Counted from the stretch's first letter, positions 1 to 9,524 are shown. The stretch: 64,000 bases of DNA from Thermoplasmata archaeon (GCA_035504395.1 DATJRX010000050.1:11926-75925); one strand, 5' to 3'. The notes: generated by a model from the sequence alone, not told the origin. Made by a program: numbers and translations.

Positions 1-642
1 TCCGACCTTCGTCCCGTATCCGACGAGGGCGAGCACGACCGCGGTCTGGATCGCGAGGCTCGCCGCAGGGGGGTCGGCGGCGAGCGTGTACGCGTTCAGC
101 GTCCCGGTCGCGGAGTACAGGAGGAGGAGCGCGAAGAGGGCGATCGTGAGGCCGGCGGACGCGATGAGCGTGTACCGCCACGCCGCCTCGACGCTGCTCG
201 GCCGACGCTCGAGCACGATGAGCAGCGCGCTCGCGACCGTGGTCGCCTCGACCCCGATCCACATGAGGCCGAGGTTGGAGACGACCAGCGCCAGGATCAT
301 CGCGAACGCGAAGGCGTTCAGCAGCGCGTAGTAGACCTGCGGCGTGAGGAACGGTCGGTGGACGTCCTCGAGGTAGCCCTTCGAGTACCAGACCGACGTG
401 AGGTAGACCCCGGCGACCATGACCAGGAATACCTCGCTCAGCGGGTCGACGGCGAGGTACGCGCCGAACGTACCGGTGGACGCCGCGGCGAGCAGCGCCA
501 GGGCGGCGACGACGGTGACCAGAGCCCCGACGCGCGACGCGGCTTCCGACCAGCGCCGGAGCGGGACGACGGACAGCACGGCGGCGCAGCTGGGAGCGGC
601 GAGGACCAGGAACAGGCCGAGGGTCGTGACCGAGGGGCTCAT
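1..642 (-). CDS. hyfF: Hydrogenase-4 / formate hydrogenlyase membrane subunit F-like (NuoN/NuoM antiporter-like), N-terminal part; gene leaves the window
   Basis: Absent from the ORF track because it runs off the window. Hand translation of the minus strand from the ATG at 642 gives MSPSVTTLGLFLVLAAP...NLGLMWIGVEATTVASALLIVLE. This is a polytopic antiporter-like sequence. Its ATG overlaps the upstream stop (ATGA at 639-642). Confidence 0.7.
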   Translation of the reverse strand, partial: MSPSVTTLGLFLVLAAPSCAAVLSVVPLRRWSEAASRVGALVTVVAALALLAAASTGTFGAYLAVDPLSEVFLVMVAGVYLTSVWYSKGYLEDVHRPFLTPQVYYALLNAFAFAMILALVVSNLGLMWIGVEATTVASALLIVLERRPSSVEAAWRYTLIASAGLTIALFALLLLYSATGTLNAYTLAADPPAASLAIQTAVVLALVGYGTKVG

Positions 643-1286
643 CCGGTCAGCTCCGGGGTGCTCGCTTCCTCGGGCGATCCGGTGACGTCACGCTGGATCG
701 AGAGGATGATCCCGACGAGGACGACCCCGAGGACGTCGAGGAATACGACGACCTCGACGAAGAGCGGGAACGCCTGCGAGAACAGGGCGCCGGCGTAGAC
801 GACCGCGTTCTCCTCCTCGAGGTAGCCGATGACCTGGACGATCGTGGTCGAGCGGGTGGCGAGCATGAAGAGCCCCTCGACGAGGAGGATGAACGGGAGG
901 GCTGCCCCGGTCTGGGGGAACAAGGGAGCGAGGGTCTCCTGGAAGACGAACCATGCGACGATCGCGAGCGCGACGGCGCCGAGGGCATGGCTCGTCACCC
1001 GCTGGGCGGCTCGCACCTCCCGCACCCGCCACCGGAACGCGCGGATCTGACGGCGGAGGATGTAGGGGATGACCGCCGTGCGGACGGCGATCGTAAGGGC
1101 GGCGAGGATGGCGAGGTCGACGCTCCGCTGGGTCCACGCGAGACCCGCCAGGAGCGCCCCCAACAGCAGCGACTGCAACGCAATGCCCCGGATGAGCGGG
1201 TCGACGAACGACTCGCTCTGGAGATAGAGCGCGGTGAGCAGGATCCCGACGCCGACGAGGGCGATGACCTCGGCCGAGCCTTGCAC
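639..1286 (-). CDS. hyfE: Hydrogenase-4 membrane component E-like (HyfE family)
   Basis: 215-aa polytopic membrane ORF. The C-terminal IGYLEEENAVVYAGALF...VEVVVFLDVLGVV aligns by eye with the E. coli HyfE GYCLMENG region. It sits between HyfC-like and HyfF-like genes. Confidence 0.75.
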   Translation of the reverse strand: MQGSAEVIALVGVGILLTALYLQSESFVDPLIRGIALQSLLLGALLAGLAWTQRSVDLAILAALTIAVRTAVIPYILRRQIRAFRWRVREVRAAQRVTSHALGAVALAIVAWFVFQETLAPLFPQTGAALPFILLVEGLFMLATRSTTIVQVIGYLEEENAVVYAGALFSQAFPLFVEVVVFLDVLGVVLVGIILSIQRDVTGSPEEASTPELTG

Positions 1287-2243
1287 CTACGGCACCCCCA
1301 GGACGGCGAACGCGAAGACCGAGAGAACGGCGAGCGAGAACGAGAGGGCGAGGAAGTCTCGAATCTTGAACAGTCGCACCTTCGCCAGGGTCGCCTCCAG
1401 GGCGACCATGATGACGACGAGCAACCCGAGCTTCGCGAGGAGCAGGACCAGGTTGAACAGCGCACCGGGGATCGTCGGGGCGGTCGAGAGGCCCCACGGC
1501 AGCAGGAAGACGTTGAGGAACACCGAGTAGAGAAGGAATTGCTTCATCCAGCCGTTCCACCGGAACAGAGCGAGCAGGCGACCGGAGTGTTCGTAGATCC
1601 GCCCGTCGTCGATCATGCCCAGTTCCATGAGGCCCGCGCTCTCCACGGGGAGCTTGCCGGTCTCGGCCAACAGGAGCAGGAAGAACGCCGCGGTGACGAG
1701 CAGATGGGTCGGTGATAGGTAGGCAGAGGTGGACGCGGTGAGGACGTTGTTCGTGACGTACGGGTTGTTGGTGCCGCTGATGAGCGCCACCGCGAAGAAC
1801 ACCATGATGAGGGTCGGCTCGGCGAGGGCGGCGAACGAGACCGTTCGGCTGGCGCCGAGAGCGGCGTAGTTGCTCCCCGAGTCGACGGCGGCGAGGAGCG
1901 TCACGATCCCCGCCAACCCGAACAGGAGTCCGCCCCCGAGGAAATCCACGGTCGGTGCGAACGGGATCGGGTAGGGCGTGATGATCGGAACGACGACCGA
2001 GATCAGGAGGTACGCCCCGAACGCCACGAATGGGGCGACCACGAACACGCGGGACGCCCGACGGGGAACCAGGGTCTCCTTGCGGAGGTACTTCGCGAGG
2101 TCCCGGTACGGCTGGAAGATCGAGGGTCCGGTGCGCGACTCGGTCCAGGCCTTAGCGCGGGCGGCGATCCCCGCGATCAGGGGAGCGAGCAGGAGGACGC
2201 TCGCCGCCTGAAGGACGTTGACAACCTGCGCGGTCCATTCCAT
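1287..2243 (-). CDS. hyfC: NuoH/HycD/HyfC-family membrane subunit of a group-4 hydrogenase / formate hydrogenlyase
   Basis: The N-terminus LLAPLIAGIAARAKAWTESRTGPSIFQPYRDLAKYLRKE follows the HycD pattern (R-x-GP...YRD..KLL). There are multiple TM segments. It abuts hyfE with zero gap. Confidence 0.85.
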   Translation of the reverse strand: MEWTAQVVNVLQAASVLLLAPLIAGIAARAKAWTESRTGPSIFQPYRDLAKYLRKETLVPRRASRVFVVAPFVAFGAYLLISVVVPIITPYPIPFAPTVDFLGGGLLFGLAGIVTLLAAVDSGSNYAALGASRTVSFAALAEPTLIMVFFAVALISGTNNPYVTNNVLTASTSAYLSPTHLLVTAAFFLLLLAETGKLPVESAGLMELGMIDDGRIYEHSGRLLALFRWNGWMKQFLLYSVFLNVFLLPWGLSTAPTIPGALFNLVLLLAKLGLLVVIMVALEATLAKVRLFKIRDFLALSFSLAVLSVFAFAVLGVP

Positions 2244-2349
2244 TCCTGCCCACTCCGTTTCGGGGAGCAGGCGTCATTGGCCCCACGGCAGTTTGCCGGA
2301 CCAGCCGGCCGGCGGACGCCTCCGCCGATCCTCCCTAGAGGTGGCCCTA

Positions 2350-3600
2350 TTAAGCCATGACGGCCGGACGGGAAGCGAGGCGTGCGGCCGGCAGAAGGAG
2401 GAGCGCTCCCGCGAGGCAGAACATCGCCGAGATCCCGAACGCGAGCGGGGCCGAGACGTAGGTCCACAGCGCTCCCACTAACAGAGAACCGGCGAGGATA
2501 CCGAATCCCTGCACCATCCCGAGCCACCCGAACGCTGGCCCGACCAGCGGCCCGGACACCTGGCGAACGAGCCACGCGGACTCGGCGACGCCCTGGAGCC
2601 CGACCTGGACGCCGGCCACGACGAACGCGAGGACCGCGAACACGATCCCGGGGGGGCTCGCGAGGAAGGCGTCCACCGCCGCGAACAGCACGAACGACGC
2701 GCCCACGAGCAGGACGCCGGGCGCGCGGTCCGCCCAACCGCCAACCGGGACCGAGAGCCCCGCGAAGATGAGGTTGTAGAGGAGGTACAGCAGGAGGGCC
2801 GCGACGACCGTGCCGGCCACGGAGCCCCCCACCGACGGGAGGAGGTTCTCGCCGACCCGGAGCAGCGCGAGCAGGATGCTGAAATACCCGAGTCCGAAGA
2901 CCGCCTCGGCGACGAGGAACCAACGGACGGGACGCGGGAGGTCCCGCCATCCGGGGTGTCGTACGGCGACCGGGTCGGTCCGATCGGGGGCCGCGGCGTC
3001 GCGGACGACGACCAGGAACACGACGACGGCCACGAGTCCCGGGATCACGGAGATCGCGAAGATCGTGCGGAAGGCGCTCGTGCCCAGCCAGAGCACCAAC
3101 GCGATCGCGACGGCGGTCCCCAGCACCGCGCCCGCCGTGTCCATCGCCTGTTCGAGGCCGAAGGCCAGCCCCTGATGCTCAGGCGCCGTGGCGTTCGCCA
3201 CGATCGCCTTCTTGATCGGCTGGCGCGAGCCTCGGCCCAGCCACGCGGAGACTCGGAGGGCGAGGACCTCGGGCCAGAGGACGGCGAGGGCGATCAGCCC
3301 GTGACTGACCGTGGTCGCGAGGTACCCCCACGACCCCCGTATCTTCCGGTCCCGGCCCGTCGCCCACTGGGTCCCCGACGCGACCTGGACGGCGCTCTGC
3401 GCAAACTGGGCCGCCCCGTCGACCAACCCGACGATCAACGGCGATGCGAACAGCACGAAGGCGAGAAAGAAGGGGAGGACCGGCAGGACCATCTCGTAGG
3501 ACCAGTCCGAGAAGAGGCTGGTCAATGAGACCGCCCACACATCCGGCGCGATCCGGGAGATCCCTCTCCGTCCGTCCCGCGCGGCTGGGTCTACCCCCAT
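2350..3600 (-). CDS. MFS transporter
   Basis: 416-aa ORF with about 12 hydrophobic segments and a central basic loop. Composition and length are typical of the major facilitator superfamily. Confidence 0.8.
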   Translation of the reverse strand: MGVDPAARDGRRGISRIAPDVWAVSLTSLFSDWSYEMVLPVLPFFLAFVLFASPLIVGLVDGAAQFAQSAVQVASGTQWATGRDRKIRGSWGYLATTVSHGLIALAVLWPEVLALRVSAWLGRGSRQPIKKAIVANATAPEHQGLAFGLEQAMDTAGAVLGTAVAIALVLWLGTSAFRTIFAISVIPGLVAVVVFLVVVRDAAAPDRTDPVAVRHPGWRDLPRPVRWFLVAEAVFGLGYFSILLALLRVGENLLPSVGGSVAGTVVAALLLYLLYNLIFAGLSVPVGGWADRAPGVLLVGASFVLFAAVDAFLASPPGIVFAVLAFVVAGVQVGLQGVAESAWLVRQVSGPLVGPAFGWLGMVQGFGILAGSLLVGALWTYVSAPLAFGISAMFCLAGALLLLPAARLASRPAVMA

Positions 3601-3754
3601 CAGCTCCCCGGACCGCGTCAGAGCCTCATGGCGATGCCGCGCGGCGCGGCCCCGCGGGATAACCGTATGTACGACGCATCGCCATGGGCGGTCGGCGATG
3701 GGGCCCGCCTAGCCAACGCCGCCCAGCGGATGATGGCTCCTACGGCAGTGTTCG

Positions 3755-5548
3755 ATGCTGACCCGATCCGTGCATCCGCCGGCGGCGCCGATGCTCGTAG
3801 CGCTCCGTCGCCTTCGTGAGATCGCGGACGCGCTGGGGCAGCCGGACTGTCGGGACGCGATCGACGCGACGCTCGCGACGCTGCCGAAGGGTGTGCTCAA
3901 GGTCGCGGTGCTGGGGCAGTTCAAGCGGGGAAAGTCGTCCCTGCTGAACGCTCTGGTCGGCCGCGATGTGCTTCCCACCGGTATCCTACCGGTCACTTCG
4001 GTCGCGACCGAGGTCCGGGAGGGCCCGGGCGAGCTCCGGGTCGCGTACGCCGCGGGAACCACGTCGCAGGAACCGATCGGGCGCATCGCCGACTTCGTCT
4101 CGGAGGAAGGCAACCCCGAGAACCGCCGGGGGATCTCGCGCGTGGAGGTCGCGATCCCGCTGCCGGGCTGGGCGCGCGACGTGATCTTCGTCGACCATCC
4201 GGGGGTGGGCTCCGTTCACGACGCCACGACGCGCGAGGCCCATCGGCAGCTCGATGGCGTCGAGGCCGCGGTCTTCGTGCTCTCGCCCGACCCGGTGATC
4301 TCCGAGGTCGAGCTCGCGTTCTTGCGACGCGCGACCGAGCACGCCACCCGCTTCTTCTTCGTGATGAACAAGGTCGATCTCATCGGGCCCACCGAGCTCG
4401 AGTCGGTCGTTCGGTACACCGAGCGCACGCTGGTCGAACGCGCGGGGATCTCACGGCCGCACCTCTACCGCCTCTCGGCCCGGGCCGCGCGCCGGATCCG
4501 TTCGAGGGTCGCGCCCGCGGCCGATGGGACCGCCGGTTTCCAGGAGCTGTCCGCCGATCTGGCCCGATACTTGGGCGAAGAGCGCGCGCAGTCGATCGCG
4601 GCGGTGGGCGAGCGCCGGGTCGAGCAGTTCGCCCGTCGCATCGCCGGCATCGCGGAGCTGGCGCTTCGGAGCGCGGCCGCGTCGCGCGAGAGCTTCGAGG
4701 CGACCTCGCGTGCGCTCGATCGCTCGGTCGAGGAGCTCCGGACCGAGCTGCGGGCCGCCGACGCCTTGTTGGACCAGGACCTCACCGTGGCGCTCGAGGC
4801 CGTCACGGCCCGGTTGGCTCGCTTCCCGCTCGACGCGGGCGGGGCGATCGTCGCGCGACTCACGGAGGTGATGCGGTCGTCGACCGCGATCGCGTCGGGC
4901 CGGCTCGTGCGGGAGTTCGAGGAGGCGTTGCGAGACCTCGTGCTCCCGCGCGCGGCCGAGATACGGGCGACCCTCGAACGGCAGCTGGGCGACGCCCTGC
5001 GCGCCGGCTTCGAGCGCCATCGCCGACGCGTGCGCGCGCTGATCCGTCACGTCGAGGACACTGCGACCGGGTCGTTCGGGGTCCGGCTCTTCCCGATCGA
5101 GGCCGACGCCCCGCTGCCGGACCTCCCGGGATATCGCCCCGGCGTCGCAGGGCTTCTCGAGGGGACCTTCGCAGGGCAGACCGTGCTGATGCTGCCGGCC
5201 GCCCTGGTCCGAGGACGTCTCCGGGCGCGCCTGACCCGGCTCGTCGCGGAGGAGCTCGACGCCCAAGCGGGGCGGATCCGATCGGATCTGGTCGACCGAG
5301 GGACCGCCGCGGTCCGGGGGTTCCAAGGGCAGGTCGCGACCGAGGTCGACCGGAACGTCGCCTCGATCGAGGCGGCGCTTAGGTTCGGCCGCGAGCAGGA
5401 TCGAACCGGGGCGGACGTTCGCGAGGATTGGCGCCGGCGGCTCGAGGGCTGGCGGAGCGAGTCCGAGGCGCTCCTCCGGCGTTCCCACGCCGGACCCGGC
5501 ACCGGCGGGCCCGAGCCGGGAGGAAGGTCCGATGCGGCGAGCGGATGA
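3755..5548 (+). CDS. Dynamin-like GTPase (bacterial dynamin-like protein type)
   Basis: G1 is VAVLGQFKRGKSSLLNALVG. G2 is a Thr-containing LPTGILPVTS. G3 is VDHPGVGS and G4 is MNKVD. These are followed by about 400 aa of R/E/A/L-rich helical stalk. Confidence 0.85.
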   Translation: MLTRSVHPPAAPMLVALRRLREIADALGQPDCRDAIDATLATLPKGVLKVAVLGQFKRGKSSLLNALVGRDVLPTGILPVTSVATEVREGPGELRVAYAAGTTSQEPIGRIADFVSEEGNPENRRGISRVEVAIPLPGWARDVIFVDHPGVGSVHDATTREAHRQLDGVEAAVFVLSPDPVISEVELAFLRRATEHATRFFFVMNKVDLIGPTELESVVRYTERTLVERAGISRPHLYRLSARAARRIRSRVAPAADGTAGFQELSADLARYLGEERAQSIAAVGERRVEQFARRIAGIAELALRSAAASRESFEATSRALDRSVEELRTELRAADALLDQDLTVALEAVTARLARFPLDAGGAIVARLTEVMRSSTAIASGRLVREFEEALRDLVLPRAAEIRATLERQLGDALRAGFERHRRRVRALIRHVEDTATGSFGVRLFPIEADAPLPDLPGYRPGVAGLLEGTFAGQTVLMLPAALVRGRLRARLTRLVAEELDAQAGRIRSDLVDRGTAAVRGFQGQVATEVDRNVASIEAALRFGREQDRTGADVREDWRRRLEGWRSESEALLRRSHAGPGTGGPEPGGRSDAASG

Positions 5549-7241
5549 GGAGGTTGTTCGCGCAGTTCCGCCCACCGGTGGGCCCGATGAAGTGCGCCGC
5601 ACTACGACCGAACCCGTCGAGAGGGGAGCATCCAGCGACGAGATGACATCGACCGGCCTCGGGTCGCCGCCGGGGAGCGCCGTGCCAGAGCCGCCAGCGG
5701 GCGGCGAATCGTCCTGCAGCCTGCTGGCCCCTTCCGGGGCGGACGAGATGATCCCGACGGCTCGAGCTCCAGGATCCGTCCTCACGGACCTGAACCTGGA
5801 CGCCGTCGTCGCGGCGCTCGTCCGGGGACGCGAAGAGTACGACCTAGGTCCCCTCTACGAGTCTCCGCCCACCGCGACCGCGACCGTGCGCTATCGCCAG
5901 GACGCGGTCCGCGATCTCGAGGACCCGGTTCTGCGCTCGGCGTGCCTCGCCTTCGCGGCCGGCATGCGGCAGTCCCGGGTCGCGTTCGCGACGGCGGAGC
6001 GTCGCACGCATCTCCTCCAGCGAGCCCGGATCCAACTGGACGCGGTGCGCGCGTACGCTCGGTCGGTCGCCGAGTTCGCCGCGGCGCTCGGGCCGTTGTC
6101 GCTTCGCTCGAGCGGCTGGCAGCGGCTCCGCGCGTACCTGCGGGCGTACGTCACGTCGCCACGGTTTCGGTCGTGGCGGGCCGAGGCCGACGCGATCGAC
6201 GGGGCCATCGCCGAGATCCTCTTCCTTGTGCATCTCAAGGGCCGACGCGTCACGATCGCGACGCATCGGGGAGAGGTCGACTGGGGGGCCGAGATCGAGC
6301 GGACGTTCCAGCGCTTCGAGCGGTCGGAGGGGAAGGACCGTCGCTTCCGCTGGTCGGAAGGACCCGACCTCGACCCGGTGGAGGAACAGATCGTCAATCG
6401 GGTCGCGGTCCTCCACCCCGCGCTGTTCTCCCGCCTGGTGGCGATCGCGCGGGCCGCGGCCGGACAGCTGGATCCCCGGATCGCTCGCGCGGACCGGGAG
6501 GTCCAGTTCTTCCTCGCGTACCTCGAGCTTACCGAGCCCCTCCGAGCGCGAGAGTTCCCGTTTGCGCTGCCGTCGCTCGTCGACCCCGGAGACGGCGAAT
6601 CGGTCGAGGGACTGTTCGATCTGGCGCTGGCGCTCCGGACGGCGGCCCCCGACGCCCGGGTCGTCCCGAACGACTACGCGATCGAGCCCCCGGAGCGGGT
6701 CCTCGTGGTCACAGGGCCGAACCAGGGGGGGAAGACGACGTTCGCGCGCGCGTTCGGGCAGATCCACTTCCTGGCGGCCCTCGGACTGCCCGTGCCGGCC
6801 CGACGGGCCCGGGTGAGCGTCCCGGATCGGATCCTGACGCACTTCGGGGTGGCCGAGCGGCTCGACCAGGGCCACGGTCGGCTCGAGGACGATCTGGAAC
6901 GGCTGCGGTCCTTGCTGGACGCGGCGACGGCGTCGACCGTGGTGGTCTTGAACGAGAGCTTCACGGCGGCGACCGTCCAAGACGCGCTGGCCGTCGGTTC
7001 CGAGGTCCTTCGTCGGGTCTTCGTCCGCGGTTCGACCGCGGTCTGCGTGACCTTCCTCGACGAACTCTCCCGGCTCGGGCCCGAGACGGTCAGCCTCGTC
7101 GCCGAGGTCGCGCGAGACGATCCGAACGTCCGAACCTTCCGTCTGGTGCGGCGACCCGCGGACGGGCGAGCGTACGCACGGGCGCTCGCCGAGCGGCACG
7201 GGCTGGCCTACGAGTCCCTCGCGCGAAGGCTGACGACATGA
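5532..7241 (+). CDS. MutS-like ABC ATPase (domain III/V only, no mismatch-binding or nuclease domain), paralogue 1
   Basis: Walker A is VVTGPNQGGKTTFARAFG. Walker B-like is TVVVLNESFTAAT. The TH-motif position reads CVTFLDEL. The start is uncertain: 5532 overlaps the dynamin stop, and in-frame ATGs at 5643 and 5748 are alternatives. Confidence 0.8.
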   Translation: MRRADEEVVRAVPPTGGPDEVRRTTTEPVERGASSDEMTSTGLGSPPGSAVPEPPAGGESSCSLLAPSGADEMIPTARAPGSVLTDLNLDAVVAALVRGREEYDLGPLYESPPTATATVRYRQDAVRDLEDPVLRSACLAFAAGMRQSRVAFATAERRTHLLQRARIQLDAVRAYARSVAEFAAALGPLSLRSSGWQRLRAYLRAYVTSPRFRSWRAEADAIDGAIAEILFLVHLKGRRVTIATHRGEVDWGAEIERTFQRFERSEGKDRRFRWSEGPDLDPVEEQIVNRVAVLHPALFSRLVAIARAAAGQLDPRIARADREVQFFLAYLELTEPLRAREFPFALPSLVDPGDGESVEGLFDLALALRTAAPDARVVPNDYAIEPPERVLVVTGPNQGGKTTFARAFGQIHFLAALGLPVPARRARVSVPDRILTHFGVAERLDQGHGRLEDDLERLRSLLDAATASTVVVLNESFTAATVQDALAVGSEVLRRVFVRGSTAVCVTFLDELSRLGPETVSLVAEVARDDPNVRTFRLVRRPADGRAYARALAERHGLAYESLARRLTT

Positions 7242-8785
7242 AGTCGCGCCTACTCCACTCCGACCGCGTCTACCGGCTCGACGATCCCCTGCCGCCGGGC
7301 GCCGACGACCTCGCGCGCGACCTCGGGGTCGATGCGCTGTTGGACGCGATGGCCGGCGGCGATCCGTTCGTCCGGTCCGTCGCGCGCCGGGTCGTGCTCG
7401 ATCCCCTGCTCGACCCCGAGGAGATCCAGAGGCGCCTCGACGCCCTTGACGACTGCCGGGCCCAGACGGCGGCGGTACGCGAGCTCTACGCGATCTGCGG
7501 CCGGGCGCTCGCCCGCGCTCGCGAGTACTGGGGGTTCGGGGACTTCCCGGACTCCGTGCTGTTCCGATCGGCCCGCCAGCTCGAGGGCCATGCCGACGCG
7601 CTCGAAGAGCTGCGCCGAGTCGCGGACGGCGCCGGCGCCCGGTTCCGCTCCACCGCGTTCTCCGAGTTCTTCGCCCGACTCCGCGCGGAGCTGGACGACG
7701 CATACCTCGCGACGGTTCGGTCGCACCTGGAGCGGCTCGAGTTCCGCGACGGGACGTGGGTGTCCGCCGGGTTGGGACCGGGGCTCCGCCCGTCGGGCCA
7801 CGTCCTTCGGCTCCCGATCGAGGAGCGCCGTTCCTGGTGGCAACGACTCACCGGTTCCCGACGCTCGAATCTCGCGTTCGAGATCGGAGAGCAGGACGAG
7901 TCGGGGGCTCGGGCGCTCGCTCGTCAGCGGGAGAAGGGGATCGCGTCCGTGGCCCGGTCGCTCGCCCGATCGAACGAGCACCTCCATGCGTTCTTCGAGA
8001 CGCTGCGCGCGGAGCTCGCGTTCTACCTCGGAGCGATGAATCTGGAGACCGCGCTCCGAGCCCGGGGGGGACTCGTGGCACGTCCCGATCCCCGGCCCGA
8101 GGATCCGGTCGCGTGGAGCGCGGAGGGCCTGTACGACGCCGGGCTCGCCCTCCGGTCGTCGGTCCCCGTCGTCCCCAACGACCTAGCGGCCGACGGCAAG
8201 CGGCTCGTCGTCATCACGGGAGCGAACCAGGGGGGAAAGTCGACGTTCCTGCGGGCGCTCGGGCTCGCCCAGATGCTCCTGCAGGCGGGCTTGTTCGTAC
8301 CGGCGCGCCGATTCCGGGCGAGTCTCGCGCCGTCCATCGCGACCCATTTCCCGAGGGAGGAGGACCCGACGATGGTACGGGGCCGTCTCGACGACGAGCT
8401 CCAGCGAATGAACCGAGCGACCGGTTCCCTCCACCGGCACAGCCTCCTGCTATCGAACGAATCGTTCGCGTCGACCAACGAACGCGAAGGGTCGGAGATC
8501 GCGATCGAGGTGGTCCGTGCCCTGGTCGATTCGGGGGTTCGGGTCGTGGCGGTCACGCACCTGTACGAATTTGCAGGGTCCTTGCGCTCTGCCGATCGGC
8601 CGGACGCGGTCTTCCTGCGCGCCGAGCGCACGCCCGACGGTCGGCGCACGTTCCGACTCGAGGTCGGGGACCCGCTGGCCACCAGCTTCGCCGCGGACGT
8701 GTTTGCCCGGGTGTTCGGCGAGCCGCTGCCTCCGATCGCGTCGACCGCCGGGGGGTTCGAGGGCGGAGAGCCGCGAGCTCGCTGA
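7238..8785 (+). CDS. MutS-like ABC ATPase (domain III/V only), paralogue 2
   Basis: This is the real gene inside the 947-aa track ORF. It starts at MKSRLLHSDRVYRL, with an ATGA overlap on the upstream stop. Walker A is VITGANQGGKSTFLRALG. Other motifs are LLLSNESFASTNEREG and VAVTHLYEF. Confidence 0.85.
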   Translation: MKSRLLHSDRVYRLDDPLPPGADDLARDLGVDALLDAMAGGDPFVRSVARRVVLDPLLDPEEIQRRLDALDDCRAQTAAVRELYAICGRALARAREYWGFGDFPDSVLFRSARQLEGHADALEELRRVADGAGARFRSTAFSEFFARLRAELDDAYLATVRSHLERLEFRDGTWVSAGLGPGLRPSGHVLRLPIEERRSWWQRLTGSRRSNLAFEIGEQDESGARALARQREKGIASVARSLARSNEHLHAFFETLRAELAFYLGAMNLETALRARGGLVARPDPRPEDPVAWSAEGLYDAGLALRSSVPVVPNDLAADGKRLVVITGANQGGKSTFLRALGLAQMLLQAGLFVPARRFRASLAPSIATHFPREEDPTMVRGRLDDELQRMNRATGSLHRHSLLLSNESFASTNEREGSEIAIEVVRALVDSGVRVVAVTHLYEFAGSLRSADRPDAVFLRAERTPDGRRTFRLEVGDPLATSFAADVFARVFGEPLPPIASTAGGFEGGEPRAR

Positions 8786-8897
8786 CGTGCGGAAGGTGAA
8801 CGGGACGAATAAGTTCAAGAACTCGAACGGAGAGCCAAGGCGTAGCATGGTACAGAGAGTCACGGATTATGTAGCCCACGCCACGTAGGCGCGGCTC

Positions 8898-9524
8898 ATG
8901 GCAGCCGCCGGGACCGACAAGCCGCCCTCCGAGCCGACCAAAGACCCGTTCTGGGCTCCCGCCACCGTGGTGGGGCTATGTGGATTCGGAACGACCACGA
9001 TGATCGCCGGCATGGCGATCGCGACGAACGGGGCCAACTGGGGCGTCAACAACGCCGCCGTGTTCCCGATGGCGCTCGCCTTCGGTGGCACCGCCCAGTT
9101 CGTCGCGGGGATCGTCATGCTCCGCCGGGGCGAGATCTTCCCGGGCTCCGCGTTCATGGGATATGGCGCGTTCTGGTGGGCTTTCACCTTGTTCCTCAGC
9201 GGACTCGCGGGCAGCGCCTTCGGGGCCTTGGCGCCGTACGACATCGCCTGGTTCATGGTCGTGTGGGCGTTGTTCACGCTCACGTTCGCGATCAACTCGC
9301 ATTATCACGGCCCGGGGATCGCGTTCGTATTTTGGACGCTGGTGCTCGCCTTCGTGCTGCTGGCGATCGACTTCGGACTCCTGGGTGCCGGCCACACGGT
9401 GTCGAACGGACTGTGGGAGGCGACCGGGATCGATACGTTCATCTGCGGATTCGCGGCGTGGTACGTGGCGACGGGATTCATCACGGCCCAGCACCACCAA
9501 GGCCGGAAGGTCCTGCCGTACTGA
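8898..9524 (+). CDS. GPR1/FUN34/YaaH (SatP/AceTr) family acetate-succinate channel
   Basis: Six TM segments. GLCGFGTTT, FGGTAQFVAGIVMLRRG and YGAFWWAF align by eye with E. coli SatP (GLMGFGMTT, YGGIAQIFAGLLEYKKG, YGSFWLT). Confidence 0.85.
   Translation: MAAAGTDKPPSEPTKDPFWAPATVVGLCGFGTTTMIAGMAIATNGANWGVNNAAVFPMALAFGGTAQFVAGIVMLRRGEIFPGSAFMGYGAFWWAFTLFLSGLAGSAFGALAPYDIAWFMVVWALFTLTFAINSHYHGPGIAFVFWTLVLAFVLLAIDFGLLGAGHTVSNGLWEATGIDTFICGFAAWYVATGFITAQHHQGRKVLPY

Noticed and set aside
5844-7703. 619-aa minus-strand ORF (and the 5' 432 codons, 5942-7237, of the 947-aa plus-strand ORF)
   Set aside because: Both are R/G/P-rich low-complexity translations overlapping the MutS-like genes. Those genes carry real ATPase motifs in another frame. 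The 947-aa ORF only becomes protein-like from the ATG at 7238.
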